A DNA stretch of 64,000 nt from Octopus sinensis (lineage: Eukaryota). The stretch lies in assembly GCF_006345805.1 (NCBI RefSeq), contig NC_042999.1:163804001-163868000 (forward strand). Reading direction: 5' to 3'. Shown in pieces: positions 54,911 to 64,000 of this stretch; within the stretch, counting starts at the first letter, position 1; each line of letters begins with the position of its first letter. Both the position numbers and the translations under genes were made by a program. Under the pieces are notes generated by a model, which searched no databases, was not told the DNA's origin, and saw only the letters and a program-made list of their open reading frames with translations.

Positions 54911-56949
54911 TACAGATAGATATGTATGTATGTATATATATATGTGTATGTGTGTATGTATGTAAACATACATAGCCCCCCCCACCGCCAAGAGACAGAC
55001 ACAGACAAGATATATTAAGTGTAGAAATTGGTGACATAAATATATAAATATATTTAGATATAATCGCTTTTGTACTTAATTAACGATCACTGGTAATTGA
55101 TCACAGCATTTTTCTTATTTGTTATTTTTCCATGAAGTCTGCTAGTCGATGATTTATCTATTTCAATATGAAATCAATATATGTTGCCGAATTAACTCTT
55201 CTCTCTGACTCTTGCCTCATAAACTACAGGACTATTCAGAAGTTTTAGAGAGTATAGTATATCAGCAACAAAGCGAGAGACCGTATTCTGTCCTCTGTGG
55301 ATTTCATTCGGTCGTAGGTAAGTATCACAGGGTGATAGATGTAAGTGTGCTGTGTCCATGGTCAAGACACTTATTCAGTTTTATGTAGAACAATAGCCCT
55401 TTCTATAGATTGCTAGAATGGGATAACCACCATACTGGTAGAGGGCAGCTAGCACTAGATGACATTCTAGGTTCCAGGCAGCCAGTTTCGGTCTTTGCTT
55501 CACCTTGGACTCTAGTTCTGTCAAGGAGACGAGCTGCAGTGAAATATACCTCACGAACGGTACCCCTACACACTAACCGTCCAGGAATCATAGATGGCAC
55601 AACTTCAAGCATGTAAACACATCAGTAACCATGTAGAAGGTGGTAGCTACAGATGGTCCGCCTGACCAGAGGAACGCGTCTACTCAGCTGTATGTAAGTG
55701 CCACGACATACTACATTTTATAATCTGGCCACGGCCGAGATTAAAGCTTACTTAGTATTCATTGATAAAGTTTATTTCTGAAATACTGAGACTGGGTAAA
55801 CACGAATCAACAAACAAGTAAAGAAACAAACGTAAGGAAATCAATGGCATCTATTATTTTGGTGGTTACCTATAATGAATGGAAAGAATGATCGTAGTAG
55901 TTTACAATATATATTGTTCAGGCATCCCCTCATCATCTGCTTAATAACGACATTAGTACTATCTTTTCTAATCTATTTTCATCCCGCTCAGTTCAGTTCT
56001 TTTGAATAGGCAGAATTAACGTTTTCTGTAGAATTTACAGTAAGCTTTTGAGAATGATTGATTTTTGTAACCATTCGCCTGAAAATCGGGAAACTCCTGA
56101 CAAGAATATTATGCATTATGGATTGGAAGATAAAAGCGAGTAAAAATGTCTACCAGATATCATATTTAACAACAATTAATGCTACTTGTGCCAGCTGTTG
56201 TTGTCTCAGATCAGACTTGATTAAACAAACCTATAGGCAAATACATTGTAGCCATGACCATTCCCTAGAACTAAATTGTTTATATTGAAATAATTCCTGA
56301 GACTGATACGAAGACTATGAAGCACTTTTTGTTGGTGGTCAGCTGGACCTGATCTCTCTGCCCTTTCTTGAAGACGGAAGTGTTTTAATTCAGAGGGATG
56401 TGGCTACCGTTTTATGCAGGCCGAACACCCCCAAGTTTTATGCTGATGTTGCATGGTACACTAAATTGTTCGTCGAAGACATTTTCACTTCACTTACTTA
56501 AGACTAGTTTAAAAGTCACAGTTTTCATTTACCAAACTCATCTCGTAATGCTTGTCTGGTGAAATGGAAAACATGAACAAACGAGGTAACATTCATGCGG
56601 TTTGTTGACCTGTAAGTAACAGTAGTCAAAATGTCCCAGAACTCACATCTTAATGTCTTTGTAATGAACAGGTACACTGAATAATATAATTCTAGGCATA
56701 CTGTGTAAATGAAAGAAAAGATGATCACGGCAGTGATAAACCAGATAAAAAAAACTCTCACAATGTACCGTCTAGGGTCATTGCCCGTTAAGACAGTTGA
56801 CCCAGAACAACTTTATAGCTTTTATATTCGTACATTCTCTAACTACAGTTAAAGGGAAGTCTATAAATATAAAAATAGACTTTATTGTTTGGAATCTAAG
56901 AGAAGCATATCTAAATAAAATATAGTGATAATAAGAACTATGATGGACT

Positions 56950-57220
56950 CTCCCGTCGAAGATGAGTGTTTAGCTTTTGCCGAACGGCCTGCACAAATGG
57001 TTTGTTTATAGCGATCAAATGTACGTGCTGTACATTGGCTGACTCTCTCCATCAAATCGACGTGGCCTGAACAGGTGCACGGTGTATCACGCGTTAGGGG
57101 TCGAAGTGATCACAGAACAACGTAAGATGAACTGTTTTGCTCAAGAACACAACGCACCACTTCGTCTAGGTATTGAAACCTCGATCTCGCGGGCAGCACC
57201 CTAACCATTTGGCTGTGCGT
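56950..57220 (-). mobile_element. tRNA-derived SINE (tail W), decayed
   Basis: Colinear with 58910-59172. Confidence 0.65.
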
Positions 57221-57288
57221 CCTCATAATAATAATAACTATAATACCATCAATAATAATGGTTTCAAAGTTAGACACAAGTCCAGAAA

Positions 57289-57340
<52 letters not shown>

Positions 57341-57494
57341 TGGCACAAAGCCAGCTATTTCAGGGGAGGGGTATATTCATTACATCAATCCCAGTGCTCA
57401 ACTGGTATTTAATTTATCGACCCCAAAAGGATAGAAGGCAAAATCAAGCACAGCGAAATTTGAACTCAGAACGTAAAGACGGACGAAATGCCGC

Positions 57495-57554
<60 letters not shown>

Positions 57555-57571
57555 TAGTAATAGTAATAATG

Positions 57572-57626
<55 letters not shown>

Positions 57627-57750
57627 TAGTAATAGTAATAATGATAATAATAATAAATAATAATAATAATAATAATAATAATATAATAATAATAATAATG
57701 ATAGTATAGTAATAATGATAATAATAATAATGATAGTAATAATAATAATG

Positions 57751-57799
<49 letters not shown>

Positions 57800-57924
57800 T
57801 AGTAATAGTAATAATGATAATAATAATAATGATAGTAATAGTAATAATGATAATAATAATAATAATAATAATAATGATAGTAATAGTAATAATGATAATA
57901 ATAATGATAGTAATAGTAATAATG

Positions 57925-57971
<47 letters not shown>

Positions 57972-58001
57972 TAATAATATAATAATAATATAATAATAAT
58001 A

Positions 58002-58058
<57 letters not shown>

Positions 58059-58437
58059 TCGTAATAGTAAAAGGTAAAGGTAAAGACCCCCTTCGGTCAT
58101 GAATGACCATGGGATTGCACCTAGAAAGTTACCCTCCTAGACACAAGTCCGGGCAAGGTTGTTTATGGAAGCTAGCAGTCGCCCATGCATACCAGCCTCC
58201 CCTCTCCACGCCACCAGTGTTATCCAAGGGAAAGACAAAGGTCGATACAGCTTGGCACCTGTGACGTCGCAACTCATTTCTACAGCTGAGTGAACTGGAG
58301 CAACGTGAAATAAAGTGCCTTGCTCGAGAACACAACACGCAGCCCGGTCCGGGATTCGAGCTCACAACCTCACGATCGTAAGCTCGACGCTCTAACCACT
58401 GAGCCATGCGCCTTCACTAATAGTAATAGTAATAATG

Positions 58438-58489
<52 letters not shown>

Positions 58490-58494
58490 TAGTA

Positions 58495-58559
<65 letters not shown>

Positions 58560-58560
58560 C
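57495..58560. repeat. (AAT)n array with higher-order GAT-AGT-AAT-AGT-AAT-AAT-GAT motif, interrupted by a SINE
   Basis: The motif gatagtaatagtaataatgat recurs about eight times. Confidence 0.9.
58069..58417 (-). mobile_element. Full-length tRNA-derived SINE with (TTTACC)n tail
   Basis: A box TGGCTCAGTGG and B box GCTCGAATCCC. Probable TSD taatagtaa at 58062-58070 and 58418-58426. Confidence 0.9.
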
Positions 58561-58564
58561 ATAT

Positions 58565-58700
58565 AATTTCTTTTCTTGGCCAAAAGGGTCCAAGATATGG
58601 AGGAGAGTATCAAAGGATGAGATACAACACACAAATCTGGCGGGATTTACATCGATCAAAGGGAGACACTACAATATCAAAGGATATATAAATAGAAAAT
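58565..58700 (-). mobile_element. Short 3'-UTR fragment with Tx1-type terminus between (TTA)-like tracts
   Basis: Minus end ggacccttttggccaagaaaagaaattatatgattattatt. Confidence 0.45.
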
Positions 58701-58909
58701 AACAATAGTAATAATCCTTCTAGGGTAGGTACAAGGCCTGCAATTTTGGGGGTGGGTGTTAACTGATCACATCAATTCAAGTCTTCAACTGGTACTTATT
58801 TTATCGGCCCAGAATGGATGAAAAGCAAAGTCGACTCCGACATTGTTTGAACTAAAAACGGTTCTGCCAGCTCGCCACCCCAGTGATGATGATGATGATG
58901 ATGATAATT

Positions 58910-59172
58910 ACGACGACGACGTATGAGCTTTCAGGTTTTTTGCTGAACGACCTGCACAAATGATTTGTTCATAGTGATCAAATGTTCGCGCTGTATCCAT
59001 CCAATCAACGTTGCCTGAACAGGTGCACTGTGTACCTACGCGTCAGGTGTCTACGTGATCGCAGAGCAACGTAAAATGAAGTCTTTTGCTCAAGAACACA
59101 ACGCACCATCCGGTCTAGGTATTGAAACCACGATCTCTCGATCGTGAGTGCAACACGCTAACCACAAGGCCA
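58910..59172 (-). mobile_element. tRNA-derived SINE (central module 2, tail W)
   Basis: Head tggttagcgtgttgcactcacgatc...gtggtttcaatacc. Confidence 0.75.
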
Positions 59173-59178
59173 AAAATG

Positions 59179-59860
59179 CCAGCAGTGGTTGAGAAGCTCA
59201 GGACTCAAAGCAGAGACAGAGAGATTTTTAATTGCAGCACAAGACCAAAGCCTCCCCACCAGAAATTACCAAAATGAAAAGAAATATAACAAGTAACTGC
59301 AGAATATGTGGAGATAGACAAGAAACAATAAATCATATCATCTCTGGCTGCCCAGTCCTGGCTAAGAAGAAATATATTAACAGACACGACAGAATTGGGA
59401 CCTACATACACTGGAAGCTATGCCAACATTATGGAATAACCACAGAAAAAAGATATAGTTGTCAGAGATCATGAAGAAAAAAATGCTTTCTAATTGGTGT
59501 ATCAATACCAGCAGATGACAACGTGTCTCTAAAAGAAATGGAGAAACTTTCAAAATACAAAGACCTGGAAATAGAGGTAACCAGAATGTGGAATCTAAAA
59601 TCAGAAACAATTCCTATCATAGTAGGTGTGTTAGGTATGATAAAAAATATTTAGACAAATACATAACAAAACAGCAGGACTTACAAACACATATAACATA
59701 CAGAAAATTGCACTACTAGGCACTGCACACATCCTACGCAGAACACTTTCCATACAATAACCATCAGAGCATCACAACAAATCACAGCACATATCCAAGG
59801 CACACAGAGCTGCGCTCGGTAGTGAGGTGAAAGCACGTTAAAAAAATGAAAACTGCTGAA
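59179..59860 (+). mobile_element. 5'-truncated R4/Dong-type LINE copy with an internal deletion
   Basis: Colinear with ~63085-63878; ends actgctgaa then (TAA)n. Confidence 0.9.
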
Positions 59861-59862
59861 TG

Positions 59863-59934
<72 letters not shown>

Positions 59935-59943
59935 GTAATAATA

Positions 59944-62900
59944 AGGAGAACACCGGGGGACGTTTAAGATGTAAGAAGGAAAATACAGAGCTCCGAAATC
60001 TATCCACAAACATCGAAAACAAGGACATCCTATGGAGCCAAAGTTTTACTAACAAAGAATTGGACTGTATCCGAGTAAGTAATACTAATTGAAATTTATT
60101 ACTATTTTCGAAACGAAATGATGTATTTTGACTCGATATCATCTCCACTCTAACGCAACACATGTAAACATGCGTGGAACATCACGATCATCCCCGACCC
60201 CAAACACCATGTACAAAGGAACTACGAAGAAATTAAATGCCACCGATACTATTCAACCCAAGAATAACAATCGAGCGGTACGTACATTAAACTTACAACA
60301 AAAAATGTACGAAAAACTACACGTGCGAAATAATGTGACAACAGAAATAAACGGACCGGTACCCTACGAAAATGACGACCGTCAAAATAATGGGCCGGAC
60401 GTTGTACCTCATGTTCCGCAAATAAAACCCAAAAGACGTAAATGGACACGTGAGGAATACATTTCTATCTTACACGCATACTTCACAGCAGTGCTCTACC
60501 CAAAAAATGAAAATACAACAACACATACATATAAAATATGGAAGGAAAATAATAGAGATATAGACTTGGATACAGCAATGAACCCTAATAAATTAGCTAA
60601 CGTACGAAGATACATTCTCAACACAAAAAAAATATCAGAAATAGAAATAGAACATCTAAAAGAAACATACACCAGGAAAATGTAGATAGAAGCCACACAA
60701 CAATGCCCAATAATATAACACTGAAACTGTAAAACACGAAGACAAACGCAACATTCCCAACAAACACGATGTAAACAACGAAGGGGAGCCTAATGATTAT
60801 GATAATATAAAAATAAAATAAACAAACTGAAAACCACAGAGCTCAAAATGGACCACCGACCATACCTCCCAAGAATCAAAATAAACGAAATAACAACACC
60901 TATTATACAGCATGAACCTAGCCGTCACTGAACTGATAGCCACTGAAACAAAAAAAGTGATATCACTGAGCTAAATGACTTAATATACGCAGCAGTCACT
61001 GTAGCCACAAAAGAAGCTGGATACTCACCCAAACCCGCCCAAACAGGAGTACCACCACCCAAACAAACCCTGTGGATAAATAACATCCAAAACAAAAAAA
61101 AAAAAAAATTAGAAAAGGCCTGTCGACTCTTAATGAAATCAGCAAACAATCAACGCTACTGAGCAACAAAAAGAGAACAAAAATACTCCGCAAATATAAC
61201 ATCACAGAGAAAGATTTGCCTGAGATAAAAGAAAAGCTGAAGCAAGATATCCTTGCCAAAGCACAAAGGATCCGCCGGTACGAGAAACGCCAACGCTTCT
61301 TTGAACAAAACAAAAAGTTCAACTCCAACCCCAAAAAGTTCTACCAAGAACTGGGCAAAATAAAATAGAAGTCACTGCAGCACCAACGGCAGAAGAATTG
61401 GAAGAATTCTGGAGAGAAATATGGTCGGCGAACGAACAACAACCAAAAAAAGGAGTATCAAAATAACAACTCGGCATCTGAACAACTTTGGACCCCCATA
61501 ACAACTGAAGAGGTCACCCAGGCACTGCAAAGACTAAGCAACTGGAAGGCACCTGGGCATGACAAGATCCCCAACTTCTGGTTGAAATATCTAACAGGAA
61601 TGCACAAAAAGCTGGCTGAAAACTTTAACACATACTAGCAGAGCCAGAGACAATGCCTGAATGGCTCACGAAGGGGAAAACCATCTTAATTCCCAAATCA
61701 AATGAAACAGAAAAACCAGAAAACTACAGACCAATAACCTGCCTCCCTACTATGTTCAAGGCATTTACTGCAGTGATATCGCAAAGGCTGAACAAGCACC
61801 TGGACGAAAACAAACTGTTCCCAGAAGAGCAGAAAGGATGCCGCAAAAGCTCATATGGCTGTAAAGATCAACTAATGATTAATAAAGCCATAACTGAAGA
61901 CAGCCACAGAAAGAAGAAAGGCCTCAGTATGGCCTGGATTGACTACAAAAAGGCATTTGATAGCATCCCCCACACATGGATCCTCGAAACACTAGCCATT
62001 AACAAAGTAGCACCAACAATCATAAAATTCATAGAGCACTCTATGAATAAATGGCAAACAGTCCTACACCTCCAAACAAAAGAGGGACTCATGAAAACCA
62101 AAGACATCCCCATTAGAAGAGGAATATTCCAGGGAGACACGCTCTCTCCACTCCTTTTCTGCTTGGCACTGTCACCTCTATCTGATATGCTAAATAGAAC
62201 TGGATGCGGATATAAATGTTACGGCAAAACGATCAGCCACCTTTTATATATGGATGACCTAAAACTATACGCTGCAAATGACAAACAGCTGGAAACACTA
62301 TTAAAAACAGTTCATGGATTTACCAAGAAATAGATATGAATTTGGATTAGAAAAATGCGCCAAAGTAACCATGAAAAGAGGAAAACTAGTTAAGAGTAAC
62401 AACATCACACTAGATAAAACCAATGAAATAAAAGAATTAGACCAAAGCCAAACTTACAAATACTTAGGAATCCATGAACTAGATAAGACACAACACCACA
62501 AATGAAAGAGAAAATAAAAAAAGAATATTATAGACGAGTTAGATCAATACTAAAAACAGAGCTCAATGCTAAAAAGACAAGATAATTGGTATCAACACTT
62601 TAGCTGTCCCAGTTATAAGTTACAGCTACAATATCCTTAACTGGACACGAAATGAACTGACCAAAATAGATAGGAAAACAAGAAAAATAATGACAGGATC
62701 TAGGATGCATCACCCAAAAACTGACATAGAAAGACTATATATACAACGTATAGAAGGTGGTAGAGGCCTTATACAGCTGGAAAACTACTATAAAATAACC
62801 ACCATAGGACTGCAAAAATATCTACTTAGCGGCAAAACACGAGCAAAACAAAATGTATATTCTCAGTATTTAAGGAAGCTGACAAATACAAACAAGAAAT

Positions 62901-63878
62901 CATACCACCTAATAAACATGAAGAAGAAGAAGAAGATGAAGAAACAACAAAAGCTATAAAACAAATGAAATCCAAACTAAAAATAGAACAGCAACGAACC
63001 ATGATAAAACGATGGCAAGAAAAGCCCCTTCATGGTAAATACTGGACTAAACTAAACGCAAAAGAAATAGACAAAGAAAAATCCCAGCAATGGTTGAGAA
63101 GCTCAGGACTCAAAGCAGAAACAGAGGGATTTTTAATTGCAGCACAAGACCAAAGCCTCCCCACCAGAAATTACCAAAAACATGTAATGAAAAGAAATAT
63201 TACAAGTAACTGCAGAATATGTGGAGATGGACAAGAAACAATAAATCATATTATCTCTAGCTGCCCAGTCCTGGCTAAGAAGGAATATATTCACAGACAT
63301 GACAGAGTTGGAACCTACATGCATTGGAAGCTATGCCAACATTATGGAATAACAACAGAAAAAGATGGTATAGGCACACACCAGAAAAGGTCACAGAAAA
63401 CGAGAAAGCAACCATACTCTGGGATATGCCGATACACACAGATAGAGAAATTAAGGCCAACAGACCAGATATAGTTGTCAGAGATCATGAAGAAAAAAAA
63501 TGCTTTCTAATTGATGTATCAATACCGGCTGATGACAACGTGTCTCTAAAAGAAATGGAGAAACTTTCAAAATACAAAGACCTGGAAATAGAGGTAACTA
63601 GAATGTGGAATCTGAAAACAGAAACAATTCCTATCATAGTAGGTGCATTAGGCATGATAAAAAAATATTCAGACAAATACATAACAAAAACACCAGGACT
63701 TACAAACACATATAACATACAGAAAATTGCACTACTAGGCACTGCACACATCCTACGCAGAACACTTTCCATACAATAACCATCAGAGCATCACAACAAA
63801 TCACAGCACATACCCAAGGCACACAGAGCTGCGCTCGGTAGTGAAGTGAAAGCACGCTATAAAAATAAAACTACTGAA
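59944..63878 (+). mobile_element. Near full-length R4/Dong-clade RLE non-LTR retrotransposon in (TAA)n
   Basis: Single broken ORF with Myb-like KRRKWTREE, RT, CCHC (CRICGDGQETINHIISSC) and RLE (NRPDIVV...LIDVSIP...EKLSKY). (TAA)n on both flanks. Confidence 0.95.
60128..63779 (+). pseudogene. R4/Dong ORF (RT plus restriction-like endonuclease), frameshifted
   Basis: YRPITCLPT, WIDYKKAFDSIPH, RGIFQGDTLSPLLF and HLLYMDDLKLY. Confidence 0.93.
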
Positions 63879-63913
63879 TAGTAATAATAATAATAATAGT
63901 AATAATAATAATA

Positions 63914-63980
<67 letters not shown>

Positions 63981-64000
63981 TGATAATAACGGTTTCAAAT

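Noticed and set aside
56540-56620. Possible internal exon on minus (ttacag|GTCAAC...TTTG|gtaaat)
   Set aside because: One open frame but no recognisable protein and no neighbouring exons.
59944-60130. HDV-like ribozyme at the Dong 5' end
   Set aside because: I could not build a convincing nested double pseudoknot by eye; a descriptor search is needed.

Overview
AT-rich, microsatellite-dense eukaryotic DNA, most likely an octopus or other coleoid cephalopod (inferred from the SINE families and (TA)n/(TAA)n load). I found no confident host protein-coding gene, rRNA, true tRNA or CRISPR array. The window is a retroelement graveyard. It holds two pieces of a Tx1/L1-clade LINE (1-2.7 kb and 32.1-35.0 kb, minus) and an ORF1-only relative (39.5-40.8 kb). 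It also holds R4/Dong-type RLE LINEs in (TAA)n tracts (near full length at 59.9-63.9 kb), three Penelope-like elements (14-15.7, 17.6-19.1, 42.2-43.9 kb), mariner and pogo remnants, MITEs, many tRNA-derived SINEs and two tandem duplications. Three signals stand out. (1) Several type-I hammerhead-ribozyme folds sit in Penelope pLTR-type sequence, most of them in inverted repeats. Each has its own self-complementary stem III, and one has a U3-A8 covariant core on a long extended helix. (2) A 3' terminal motif is shared by the Tx1 LINE, the ORF1-only element and a SINE. (3) Several unrelated elements are inserted in TAA/TTA microsatellites. All folds and homologies were read by eye and have not been computed.
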